From Vicugna vicugna (Eukaryota): a DNA stretch of 64,000 bases. Each line of letters opens with the position of its first letter. Positions within the stretch are counted from its first letter, which is position 1. The stretch is from contig MU058252.1 in the NCBI GenBank assembly GCA_013265495.1, forward strand, positions 622,001 to 686,000, read 5' to 3'. Below the pieces are notes generated by a model. The model was not told the origin of the DNA and did no database searches. It saw only the letters and a program-made list of their open reading frames with translations. This document shows positions 12,341 to 24,174 of this stretch, piece after piece. Both the position numbers and the translations under genes were made by a program.

Positions 12341-13917
12341 TTTATTCCATGTTCAAGTACTTTCTTACAGGGTCCTGAGGCTAGTGGACAGCTGAAAGGG
12401 GGTCCTTCCCAGTGGGACTCCCCTTCACCTACTCAGAAGAGCACAAGCAAGCTGTGAAGGAGGGGGAGGGAGACGTGGCCAGTGAGGAGCGGCCAGGGAT
12501 GGCAGAATGCAGGGCTTTGGAAAGCTAGATCATGAGCTTGACCCAATGGTCAGAAGTCTTGGGGGGACCTGATCCCAGCCTGCTGTCCCAGCCCAGATCC
12601 CTATTCCAGCCAGGGGTCTTGGTCCGGTGAGGTTGGGAGTTGGCATCTTTGGGTTTCCCATCTCCATGACCCCCTGTCCAGATGTCCAGGGCCCTTGTGC
12701 TCTGCCCAGAAGCCTGGCCCACAGGAGAGGACATAAGCCAATGTTTCTACTCAAAGGAGCACGTCATTTACATCTGCACAGCCAGTGTCAGTCCAGGCGG
12801 CTCTGTGGTTCAGGATTCTGCTGGGGTGCTGTGGGCAGGAAATGGGAGCTATCTGAGCCACTCCCAGGGTCCAGCAGGTTATGTCCTATCTTACTGGGAA
12901 TGGGAGGCTGGACACTGAATTGTGGGCGGGGAGGTGTGGGGGGCCTCTTCCCAGAAATCCCACCATATCCCAGGCCAGGCTCTTCCCTCCCTCTCCCCAG
13001 AGGCTGTGCCCTGTTCCACCAAGCCCACCCCAACAAAGTGGGCCCAGTGTCCTGGGGGAGGCCCAGGCCACGAAGTTCCGTGGATTCACCCTTGGGGTGA
13101 AGAGAGCCTGGGCCCTGGGTCTCCCAGCCCTGTGAGCAGTGGGGAGTTGGAGAGATGCTCCAGGCTCTGCCCACTTCATCCTTGAAAGCCCCTCCCACGT
13201 CTCCTTCTGCTCCATCCCTGCAGAGCCCACCTGTTCATGCAACAACTCCCCTTCATCTTCCAGGACCCCCCTCAATTTCTCTCTCCTTACAGGATGTAAG
13301 GGGTGACTTATTCCTGGGGTCCAGCCCATCCTTTCAGAGGGGCCTCCACTGTAAACCCCCGAGGCCAAGATCACTCAGAGATGCAGACTCAGGAACCCTG
13401 GGTCAGTCTTCTGGTGGTGCAGCAGACCAGACCACATGGGCTGGCAGCACCTGTCGCTGATCTGGGAAAGACACCACCCAAAGGGAGCGGCTGCCCCAGC
13501 TGCAGAACCCCTGGGTCCCTGCCCCACCCCACCCACCCCCATTACAACCCCAGGCCTTGCCCCTCCCCTCATCGTGTCTCCCTCCCATTGTTCCCTATCT
13601 GGCCCCGTTCCAGGTGGAGGAAGCATCCTGGTCCCTTCCTGGTTCCACCGGGAGCTGCTCTGGGACTGGCAGTGGTGACTCCCCCATGTACAGCACGGGC
13701 TTTTCACGTGTGCAGTGAAGATTGGACTCCTTGACCTATAGGTCCCTTCCAGCCCTAGTGTTCCTGCTCCACTCGCTCCACCCTTCCCTCCCGTCCTAGG
13801 GGTGCTCCTGCCAGCCTCCTGCCCAGGGCCGGGGGCACCCCCACCCAGCTGTCCTTTGATCACACATGAAGGGCAGAGAAATCACACAGGCCGGCTCAGC
13901 TCTTGGCTTTTAGGACT

Positions 13918-13923
13918 TTTATT
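13918..13923 (-). terminator. CRYGN: CRYGN polyadenylation signal AATAAA
   Basis: AATAAA on the minus strand about 90 nt after the stop codon, with a GT-rich stretch further downstream. Confidence 0.8.
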
Positions 13924-14014
13924 CCCGATGGTCTGAGTCCTGGGCGGGGCCGGAGGAGACCGACCCTCTCCCGGGGCCCCTCCTGGTCCTGGCAGGACCC
14001 CGGCGGCGGGGTGG

Positions 14015-14150
14015 CTAGAAGAAGTTGGCCACCCTACGGAGGGACTGGACGCGCGCGCTGTGGGCCTCCCAGTCAGAGAAGCTGCGAAAGTCGCCCCGTT
14101 CCACCAGGTACATGCGGCCGCGGTAGTTGGGCTCCTCGTACAGGACCCAC
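14015..14150 (-). CDS. CRYGN: Gamma-N crystallin, coding exon 4 (Greek-key motif 4, stop codon)
   Basis: GGCCTAG acceptor; 136 nt in the correct phase encoding (A)[44 protein letters not shown] then TAG. Total CDS is 552 nt, 183 aa. This frame is not in the ORF track and was translated by hand. Confidence 0.95.
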
Positions 14151-14479
14151 CTAGGCCAGGAGGGCGGCGGGGGTCAGGGGCCGGGTGCCGAGCAGGCCTG
14201 CAGCCGCCACGCCGGGCCACCCCTGCCCCGGCCCAGCCCTTCACGCTGTGGCTCTGGTCTTGTTCTTGGCTTTTCCTCCCCCGCTGCCTGCCCCGCTGCT
14301 TCGCTTCGTTGTCCCGTGTCCGGACCAGTGCAGTGTGAGACGTGGCGCACCCAGGGGTGCTCAGGAAAAGCTGATATTTCAAACTGACCAGTCCAGAATG
14401 TTCATCACAAGGGCCAGGAGTGACTCCAGGATGCGCATCCACTCTCATTTCCCCATCCCCCACCTCCCACTCCACCCCA

Positions 14480-14508
14480 ACACACACACACACACACACT
14501 CACACACT
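14480..14508. repeat. (CA)n microsatellite in CRYGN intron 3
   Basis: Directly visible in the sequence. Confidence 0.9.
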
Positions 14509-17027
14509 CTCCACTCCTTCCTGCTCCCAGAAAGGACTGTTTGCACAGACAGCACCCAGCACCTGGCAGGGGGCCTGGCACAGAATGGGGACCAATTCCT
14601 ATTGGTTCGTTCAGTCCACAAACGTGCTCCTGTGTCCACGTGTGTGCTGAGCCCTGCTTTGGGCCCCAGAGATTCCCAAGTCAGGCAGAGCCATGGGTTC
14701 CTGCCCTAGCCAGGCGATGAGAGATGGGGAGGCAGCTGCACGGAGGAGCCGGCCTCCAGACTTCAGGGTCCCAGTGGGGCCCCTCCTCCCTCCCATCACA
14801 GCTGCATCGGGCTACAGCTTCCACAGCTCCCACCTCCAGCAGACAAGGACACGGACAAGGACTAGTCTCTGAACGCCTGGCTGGGAGGGCTGGGCCTGGG
14901 TGAGGGCGGAGGGAACATGGCAGCCCTTCATCAGCCCAGAGACTCAGGACAGCTTCCCCAGGGGCCACTCACCTGCCACCAAGGGCCCTCTCCTCCCCCA
15001 TCTCAACCCCACATCTGGTAGGCCTGGTCCAGTCTGGTCTCCCCACACCCCCTCACTAGGGCCTCCGAATCTACCCCCCTTCCCCCAGCCCTACCCATGA
15101 CCTCTCCACATACCCACCCACATGGTGAGGCTGTGGCCTGAGGCACCTCCGAGGGAGTCAGCCAATCCCTCCCTACCTCGAAGAGCTGGGAAATACCCCA
15201 GGCAGTGTCGTGGGCTGTCCCTGGAGCATGTGTGGGCGTCCCCAAAAGGAAGAAGAGGAAAGGGCTAGCCAGGCCTCTGCAGGAACTACCACCCCCACCT
15301 GCCCGCTTCCTGCTGTGACTGCTGGGAGCAGGCAGGCAGAGGGAGGGAGGAGGGGGCACGCCCACAGCAGAGCAAGGACTGTGCCCTTGGGAAGAGGGTT
15401 AGCGAGATGCCGGCTCGTTTCCTCCAGGTGCCCTTCAGGTGTCTGGGGACAGGCCATTCCTGAGCTGACTTGGGGACCCAGAGGAAAATGACTCCTGGCA
15501 TGTGGGAGGTGGTGGGGAGACCTGCCTTGCACCCCACCCCCAGACACTAGGAAAGGCCTTGAAGGAGGTCAGGTCCAGACCAGGGGACCCAGGGAGGCAC
15601 CACTGGGCAGCTTTTCCTTGCTAAGGGCTTACATTTTTTTAATAAGTTAAAGTCACAGGAGGCAAAGAATGAGGGCTCCATGGTGAGGGGAGCAGATCCC
15701 CAGGCCCCAAAGTGGGGTCCACCACAGGCAGCCTCCCGAGCGCTCCTCACCCTCGGAGCCTTGTCTTCTTTTAGGTAAAGTGAGGGCTGAAGTCCCTACA
15801 GTCAAATCCTAGCTCTTACCTTCCCACCTTTTCTTTCTCAACAAGCCCCTGGAGCCCCCGGGTGGGTAGAGGGGGACTGGGCCTCTGGGAAGGACACCTT
15901 CTATGCAAAGGTATAACTTTGGCCACACCAGACACAATTTAGCCAGCAATTTTCCAGGACAAATGGTTGTTTTGGAATTCCACCCCTGGATTCCCAGGTG
16001 CCATCAACTTAGGGCAAACCTGGGATTTCCCAAAGGCCTCTGGGTCGGGGGCCCGAGGTCTAACAGCCAACATCAGGCTGCTGAGGGGAAGCTGGGGAAG
16101 CAGTTCCTCCTCCAGCTCAGCCGTGTCCCCCTTCAGTCCCTCTCATGACCACTTGCTTTCACCCTCGTGACATTCCCCGGTTCCTGCCTCAGTCACAAAG
16201 ACAGCAAAGGGATCCCTTAGCTGCTGCAGCAGGAGCCAGGCTCCTGGCCACGTTGGGGGTCTTCTCCTGGGGTATGGGGCTGGGGTCTGGGGGGACACCT
16301 AGCTCTAGATCAGGGACAGTCTGACTTGAAGCCAAAGGCCTGGCTGCAATCCCAGCAGTGCCACTCACAGTGGGGTGGGGTAACTCTCTGGGCCTCAGCT
16401 TGCTTCTCTGTAAAATGGGACACTATTCAGCCGGCTGGGTGGATGGGAGGAGGAGGAGATGGCCAACTTGGGTGTGTTTAGGGGCTGTGAAACTTTGCAT
16501 GATGGGCGTGCACAATGGGCGTACAGACTACCCTTGGCTGGTGGAAGGAACCACGTGCAGCAATCAACAGAAGCACAGGGTTCTGAGGGCTCTCTTGGAC
16601 CAGGGCAGACAAGCCCCTCTGGGCCTGGAGGAAGCCCGCTCAGCCACTCCCTGTCCACAAGAAGTGAGCCACTGTGATGCCCATCTCCGCAGGGAGACCG
16701 GCATGGGGAGGACTTGTCACTTGGTGGGACAGGTCCAGTTCAGGGTAAATAAGGGGCGAGCAGGTGGGCAGGGCCACCCTTCCCAGAGCAGGCTTCCCCC
16801 TACTCAAGAAAACCAAAGTGCAGTCCCTGAGATCAGCCCAGCCAGAGAGAACAGCAGGTTTGCACAGTGCCCTCCGGCCTCGGCCCCTGCCATGGAGGGG
16901 CTTCCTGGGCCAGGGAGGCGGCTGAGGGAGGGAAAGGGCCTCCGGGCAGGGGTCAGGCTGCCCACCCGCTGGGGTCTGACCCACCGTGGCAGGCAGGGAC
17001 CTGTGAGGACACTCGGGCTCTACTTAC

Positions 17028-17173
17028 GCTCCATCCCCGTACACCTTGACGGCGTTGACACAGTTCTTGGTCCAGCCCCGACTCTGCAGGAAGGGACAGT
17101 CGTCCTCGAACTCCAGGCACTGGCCCGTGAAGTTGCAGCCCTCGAAGACTTCTAGACGGAAATGCTCCCCATG
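17028..17173 (-). CDS. CRYGN: Gamma-N crystallin, coding exon 3 (Greek-key motif 3)
   Basis: CCCGCAG acceptor; 146 nt encoding HGEHFRLEVFEGCNFTGQCLEFEDDCPFLQSRGWTKNCVNAVKVYGDG(A); phase-2 GTAAGT donor. Confidence 0.97.
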
Positions 17174-18864
17174 CTGCGGGCCCCCCAGGAGTGGAGGAAG
17201 GGAAGGGAAGAAAGGGAACTGGGCTGTTTCCCCCCATAAACAGAAGCCCATGTGGGCAGGAGCTGGGAGCACCAAGAGTTCCTGGGTCAGGGGAGGGGGT
17301 GGTGAGTGCCCCCCCAACACACGCACCTCAGCCCAGAACTTCTGCTCCTTCTTGTACGTGAGATTTGGTTGGATAAGAGAGTCTATTACTTTAAAGATTC
17401 AGAGCCCCCAGACCAGTCTAATCTCCTCCTCCTTCAACTAAAGAATCCAAGGTCCAGAGAAGGCCAGACCACCTGGGACAGCGGTGCCCTCCAACTGGTC
17501 TGGGGCCCTGGGCTCCCTCCTGGTGTGCAGGCGGGGGGCGGGGGGGGGGCTCCTGCCCAGACACGCCAACACATTCCTCTGCCGGTCACCCACCCCTGGG
17601 CTGCAGGCCATGGGCAGCCTTTAAATGATAATATTTTACAAACTGTAATAGAACCTTTTATTAAAACACGAAGCCAAAAATTTAAAACAAATAACAGAGA
17701 TCTCATGCGCTGAAATCCCTGCTGGCTCACTGGGACGAGGACATATATCTCCTAGAAGATTTCCTGTATTTCCAGAAGACAGAGGTGGGCCAGCTCCCAA
17801 CTGGCTCTGGCGCCGGCAGGGGCTGGGGCTGCGCCACAGCTGGCCCCAAGGATAGCTCTTACGAGAACAGCATTCAAAAGATACCTAGGATAGTTTCCTT
17901 ACAAATAGCATTATGCAAGCACTGGGCCAGCCACGTTCATTTCTTTTCCCAAATGTCTGTGACCTGGTGGAAATACTCAGAAAGGCTTCTTAAAGGCCAC
18001 AGAGAGGCCAAAGCCCAGCTGGTTTTGCAACCTCTGTAGAGAAGAGAGGGGCCTCCTCCCCTGGGAGTCCTCAGATGTTCGTCCAGGGGAGGGTCCTCCT
18101 GCAGACTCTCTGATGAGAGACTCTAGGACGGTTTCGGGAATCGGCCACTTCCCACCCTACCCTCTGGGGCTCGCAGCGGGTCAGTTAGGATTTGTAACTT
18201 GAGAGAACTTGAGGAAGGGGAATGCCCAGTCCTCACATCCCACCCTAGGAGCAACTAGACTCGCACAGTCCTTTGCCATGGCAGGGGTGACACACCTCAC
18301 ATGCTTTCCTACATGCAACTGTGAATTGGTACCACCTGCTGGCTCCTGCCCCCAAATCCCCGCTGGCCAGCCGGTGATACCTAAGCCTCCTCCATCAGCC
18401 ACTCCACGATCCAGCATCAAAAGGCCCCTGAAAAGTGCTACAAGATGACCTGCCTGGTGGATACACCAGGCCCACATCAGCCTTACTTTAGCTGAATGCT
18501 CCCCCATCTGGTTGCAAATTCAAAACTCTAATGTTACCAATAGCATTTGAAGTGGAAAATTCAGCAAGATTTTGGCATCAGAAATTGAAAGTGGTTTCCT
18601 GATACAGGCCTGAAAATGCAGGCGTGAAAACTCCCAGGGGCTCTCCAGTTGGGTCCCCAGGCCATCCCTCAGACACAGGAGTAGCTGGGTCTGGGTGGGG
18701 ACAGCTCTCCATCTTAGAGATCCCACGGTCTCACCCGTTCTTAAAGCTGGGAGGGCCATGCCCCCTGATTACTCAACCCACGTCTGACCGGGCCTAACCA
18801 GGCCAGGGTCACTCCGGCAGGAAGCCCCCACCCCAGCCAGCTAGAGCGGCTCGGGCCCACTCAC

Positions 18865-19113
18865 CATGCCCACAGGCCGACAGGAGCCCATGTGGTCGTT
18901 GTGACCGTTCCAGCGGTAAAAATCAGGGTAGTCGCCATGCTCCAGGATGAACTGCTGGCCCCGGAAGTCGGGGTGGTCGAAGCAGACCCAGGCTCCACTC
19001 TCCACGCGGACAGAGTTCACCCGGTTCATAAAGCCTCGGTCCTGGAAGTTGTCACAGTCCCCGAAGACCTCCAGCTTCCGCCCTGTGAAGTGCTTGCCCT
19101 CGTAGAGAGTGAT
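18865..19113 (-). CDS. CRYGN: Gamma-N crystallin, coding exon 2 (Greek-key motifs 1-2)
   Basis: TTTCTAG acceptor; 249 nt encoding ITLYEGKHFTGRKLEVFGDCDNFQDRGFMNRVNSVRVESGAWVCFDHPDFRGQQFILEHGDYPDFYRWNGHNDHMGSCRPVGM; GTGAGT donor. Contains the beta/gamma-crystallin Y/FxxxxFxG signatures. Confidence 0.97.
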
Positions 19114-19793
19114 CTAGAAAGACCAGGTTAGAGGGCATGGGGTGAGGCTTCTCTCCTTTCAGTTTTGGAAATGGATGCATGGGGCCCAACACCCTTGACT
19201 GAACCCTGACCCTCAGGCCCTGAAGCCTAGACTCGCTGCATACACCGGGTGCTCAACGCTGTCTGTTGCCTGGGTGAAAGAATGCACGGATGGAGGGTCG
19301 AGGTCAGGCCCAGCGCCCGGCCCGCCCGCTCCGGGAGCCCACGGTTGAACAGACAGATTGCAGAAGATGCATGGGGACAGGGATTTCCCCTTTGTCCAGG
19401 AGCCATTGAAAACAGGCTCTTTTCAAACTTGCACTGCACTTTTCAAACTTAATTTTTGTTTATCAGTGAAACATAACATCCAAGGAAATGTTTTCAAAAG
19501 AAAATGCTTCACCCACAACCCACCATTACAACCCAATATTCAGTTTTCAGAAAGTCAGGTTCCTGGGATGGGGCCCCTTAACTGGAGGGACTGGATCCAA
19601 CCAAGCCAAGTCGGGGCCTGGTGCAGGATTAATGGCTCAAAAGAGGACTTTTTCAATGTCACCCCGTCCCTTTGTTTACTAGGCCACTCCTTTGGGTGAC
19701 AGGCATGTGTCAGACCTGGAGCTTTTCTAACCCAGCGGTCAGTTCAGACACCATATTTTGGGGACGGGTACCCAAACTAAATAATATGAACCA

Positions 19794-19929
19794 GATGGTA
19801 ACTAGATTTATCATGGTGATCATCTGGTAATGTAGAAAAATATCGAATCACTATGTTATACACCTGAGACTAATACCATCTTGTTAGTCAATTATACTCC
19901 GATAAAAACAAATAAAACAAAAACAAAAA
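19794..19929 (+). mobile_element. Short L1MA-like 3' tail in CRYGN intron 1
   Basis: L1 terminus (TATCGAATCACTATGTTATACACCTGAGACTAATA...GTCAATTATACTC) with an A-rich tail. Perfect TSD AATATGAACCA at 19783-19793 and 19930-19940. Confidence 0.85.
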
Positions 19930-20889
19930 AATATGAACCATATGAACCTCCAAACTCAATTTCTGCAGAGGAACCTAGGATTCTAACCATTCAATAACTC
20001 TCTGGGTTTCAAGAATTGTGCTCCTAGAAGAGCCCTGGCAAAGTAATGTCCCCTGGGGCCCAGGAACTGTGGTCATTGTGTGTACTGTTCCTGGTGGTAG
20101 AACTGCCCTTCTGGCCCCCTGGAGTTAGGTGAGACCAGATGCTTTGGCCAAAGGGATGTGTGCGGACATGGAAGCCTTGCAGATCAGACACTGTTTCTCG
20201 GCTCTCCTTCCCCTCTGCTGATATCAAGGTGTCCCTCTGCAGTACAGAAGAGGGTGTATGGGCACAGTGCGGGTGAGCTTTTGGGGTTGTTTGTTACTGA
20301 GGCATAACCCAGCCCACGCAGACAGATACAGTAATGCTCTCACCCACTAACCTTGAACATAGCTCCTTGAGACCAAAGTCTGCCTCAGATTAGCTAAGAC
20401 AAGGAGCTAGAGAAGGGGAGAGGTCCAAACTGGCCACTCTTCCTGCACAAGGCAAGTCTGAGTGAGGGCTCCCTGTCCCCTAGATATTCAGGACACCTAA
20501 TCACCCACAAAATTCAAAGGTCCCTCAAATCTAAACATTTTGCTGAGAACCAGCCCCAAGTGCCCCTGAGGAGATCCTGAGGAAGCAGCAGCCACGTTAG
20601 AACAGCCTCAGGCAAATAAGTGGGACCCACAGCTGCAGGAGAAGTCCAAGGTCCCCCACCCCAACCAAGGTGCCCCTCAGGTCTGACCACCCTCCCTGCT
20701 CCTGACTCTAGGGGGTGGGGCTGGGCGTGGGGGTGGGGCCCCAGAGCCAGGGCTGGAGGGACTGGGGCAGAGACCTTCCCACTTCTTCCCACCTCCCACA
20801 GCAGGGAGGCCCTCAGCCTTCCGTTTTAAGAAATTTAGCCAACTTTCCTCGGGTTTGGATGCAAAGGGCAACAAGCAACAGTCTGCCAC

Positions 20890-21400
20890 TCCCCCCCCCC
20901 CGGCCCCGCCCCCCATCCTGAGCCCAAAGAGCAATGGGAGGGGGTGTCGCCGCCTCCCCCCAGGGCCCCGCGGTTACCTTGGGCGGCGGATGGACGGGAC
21001 AGGAGAGGGCGGAGGGCGGCACTCACCTTCCCCGATCGCTGCGCCATGGTGCACCGCCCTGCCGCCCGCGGGGCCCCAGATATAGCGGGCGGCGCCCTGC
21101 TGGCTCAGCGCCGCCCCGACAAAAGATTTGCTTGGCCGGCGCGTTCGTGCTGTCGGGCGCGCTAAGCCCGGAGGGGCCGTCCCGCCGGTGCGACCCAACC
21201 CACCCCCGCCAGGGGTCTCTCCGGGACTCACGGGGGTCACTGTGCCCCGCGAGCCCAGGCAGCCCCCTAGGGGTCCTCTCTCTCTGATCCCAGCCCGACT
21301 GCTGTCCCTGCTGAGTCAGGACCGCCCGCGGGGTCTGCGAGCTCCCCTGGCCCTCCCTCCTCAGCACAGAGCCTTCCCCGACCTCCCGCCACCCCTTTTC
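20890..21400 (-). promoter_or_regulatory. CRYGN: CRYGN CpG-island promoter with TATA-like box, Maf elements and Sox site
   Basis: Dense CpG around exon 1. Motifs: TATAT at 21080-21084 (minus), MARE-like TGCTGGCTCAGCG at 21098-21110, Sox-like TCTTTTGT at 21119-21126 (minus), and TGCTGAGTCAGGA at 21309-21321. Confidence 0.75.
21027..21047 (-). CDS. CRYGN: Gamma-N crystallin, coding exon 1 (MAQRSGK)
   Basis: ATG in a strong Kozak context (CACCATGG) encodes MAQRSGK and is followed by a GTGAGT donor. This matches the known N-terminus of mammalian gamma-N crystallin. Confidence 0.95.
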
Positions 21401-21508
21401 TCACCTCCTAATCCAGGCTCACATTGCTCCTGAATTCTCTCTCTGCGTGAAGGATGGAGCCCTGCCCGGGAGGACAGAGAGAGAGCCACCTACAGGCCCC
21501 CTGCCTGC

Positions 21509-22180
21509 TGTTCTTCTGGTGGAACCCAAGTTCATGTGCCCCCACAGTGAGGCCAAACACACAGAAATGTTGAACTTTGGATCAGAAAAAGGTTTATTGC
21601 AAGGGCCATGCAAGGAGAACCAGGCAGTTCATGCTCAAAGGGCCCCAACTTCCTGATGGGTTTCAGGAAAGAGTTTTTACAGGCCAGGTGAGGAAGGGGA
21701 GTTGCAAGGTATATGATTAGATGGTGGACAAGTCTCCGATTGGTTGATGGTGAGGTAACAGGGTGATGGGTGTCGCAGAGGTTAACATTATCCATTCTCA
21801 GGCTCCAGTAGGTCTGGGGGCTATGGGCTCATGGTCATCAAGTAGTTAGCTTCTTCCATTTGGTGGGGGATATAGCATCTGTAAAACTACTCTGGAAGTG
21901 TGCATCAGATACATTACCTAGGTACTTCAGGGAGGAACTAAGGATTCTGTGACTGCCTTATGATTGATTTACTGTTTAAATTCTTACCAGTGCTCCTGGT
22001 GCAACTGCTGTATTTATCGCTGCATGTTCACATCCTTTCAATCATTAATTCTAGGGCTGGGCTTTTGTGACTCAGGGGAAACCTGGAAGATTACAGTTTT
22101 TCTATGATCAAGAGGCACACAGAAGTCATGGGGGGAGGGGTCTGTCCCAGGAAAACCCCATAGGGTCCTGTCTGGTTACA
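21509..22180 (-). mobile_element. Solo ERV LTR (ERV1-like)
   Basis: The minus strand begins TGTAACC and ends AACA (TG...CA), about 670 bp. It has an internal CCAAT and an AATAAA at 21593-21598, about 85 nt from the 3' end, which is the usual U3-R-U5 layout. Confidence 0.75.
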
Positions 22181-24174
22181 CTCTGGGCTCCCACCCCCAC
22201 CTTAAACGTTCTGCTCCAGCAGCACCCAAACCCTAGTCCACCCTCCGTATCTCCCTGTGAGGTTGTGGTCCTGCAGACTCCACTCCTGCTGTCTTGCCTC
22301 CCAGAACACTGTCCTTCTACCCCTCCCCCCAGGGTCAATGCTCCCCCTTGATTCCTTGAGGTTCCACCTGCCCCGACCTGAACCCCCTAGCCGGTGGGCA
22401 CAGTGCTCTGAGCTCAGACCACCCTGGACATGGCAAGGACGGGTTTACAGAAACACGCAGCCCCACCCCAGCGTGGGACTTTCTCAGGACATAAGAAGTT
22501 CTTGGCACATAACAAAGGCTCAAAGATTGTTTGTGGAGTGAACAGAGTCAACAATGAGGCCGCAAGATGAGCAGCCCCCAAATTGCTGGGAAGATGAGAC
22601 ATGTATGCAGAGAACAATGCCAGGCGGTTAGCTAGGGCGAGGGGCCAACCCTGAGATCCAAGAAGAGAGCTTATTCAAGCAGGGGTGACCCCAGGGGCTT
22701 CAGAGAGGACAGGGAGGGGCCATGGGGAATAGTCCAAGTTGCCATTGGCAAAGTAGATTTTTTTTATCATTCCACAGACAGCTGCTCCCCTCCCATTTCG
22801 GTCCCACCCTCACATACCTCCTCCTTCTCAGCCTCTCCCTAGGGAGTATCAGCCCCCCATGACCCCCAAGTCAGGGTCTCTAACCCAGACTGCTCTCCTG
22901 AGCTCCACAGCTGAGGACCCAGCTGCCTCCTGGACAGCTCTGTCCACTCAGATGCCACAGTCCTTTAAGATCAAGATATTTGAAACCTGATCCATCTTCT
23001 TCCTCTGAAACACACTCCATACCCTGCCTAGGGTCCCAAGTCAGGAGCCTGGGTACCATCCTCACCGCAAGACACTCAGGGCCCTGCAGACCTGGCTCCT
23101 CACTCCCCCAATCTCCTTCTTCACTGTCCTTCCTGGCCTCTTAGTACTGGCCAGGGAGCCCCAACAAGGGTGGGGGTGACATGGAGCAGATTCAACAGGA
23201 GTCAACAGGCGGGCTGCCACACAAGGGGTCCTGACCTGGTAGGAACTGGTTATTTGGCTACTATGTGCTGTCCAAGGGGAGAAGTGCTGGCCCCCTCTGG
23301 TTAGCTGGTGCATACGGATGTCACCAAGGGGATGTCCTGGTCACTTGGAATGGGGAAGGGCTGTTGTCTTCTCCCCAGGCAGGGGCAGCTTGTGCTGAAC
23401 TCTCCCGGTGTCACCCTCCACTGTCCCCCGAGAGGAGGGCTCAGGTGTCCTGGGATCCACAAGCCCCAAGCTTGCTGTGATGGAAGGGAGAGCACCCCAT
23501 CGAGGCACACTGGTGGTGATCTGGCCCCTGGCCCCAAGTCCTAGTCACCTCATCTGGGCAAGGGACAAAGAAAGGCCTCCTCACAGACCTGCTGTGAGGT
23601 TTCAACAGCGAGCCAGAGCAGGCAGCGAGGCTGGGCCGCCGTCTCTTCCCTCCTCTTTTTTCCTGTTTTTTTTTTTTTGGTGTTTAATAAATTCTTATTG
23701 TTTAATTGATGACCACTCATGACAAACCTCCATCTCGCTAGAGTTCTGTACAATTATTTCATTTTACAGGTGAGCAAGCTTGGTCCCAGCAGAGCGGAGT
23801 GACTGGTCATAGGAAAGTAGGTAGCAGAGGGCTCACTGGAGAGCCCAGGGCGCAGCCTTGGCAGACGCGGGGACTGGCTGCAGCGGCAGAGACCCCCCCA
23901 GAGGCCCTGGGCAGGGGTCACTTCCCAGGGGCCCGGTGGAGCCCTTGCCAGCACCCTCTGGCTAGGGGGGTTGGTAAGGTCTGAGCTGCTCCTCGGGCAG
24001 GAGGACCAGTTTTGTCGCTCCCAGGCCCTGGGACAGCAAGGGGCAAGTGCACCTCCTACTGGCTTTTCCTGCCACATCCCCTGAGGATGAGGACGAGGCA
24101 GCTGGGCCACTGCTGGGTGTCTTCCGCTCTTTGTCACCTGCCTTCCGTGCCAGATTCTTTCCTCCTTTGTGCTT

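Noticed and set aside
13882..14499. 205-aa minus-strand ORF over CRYGN exon 4
   Set aside because: It starts in a (TG)n repeat and crosses exon 4 in the wrong frame. The true frame is the crystallin one.
16358..17155. 265-aa plus-strand ORF, the longest in the track
   Set aside because: It lies antisense to CRYGN exon 3 and intron 3, has a non-ATG start, begins in MIR-like sequence and shows no recognisable domain. This is expected by chance in GC-rich DNA.
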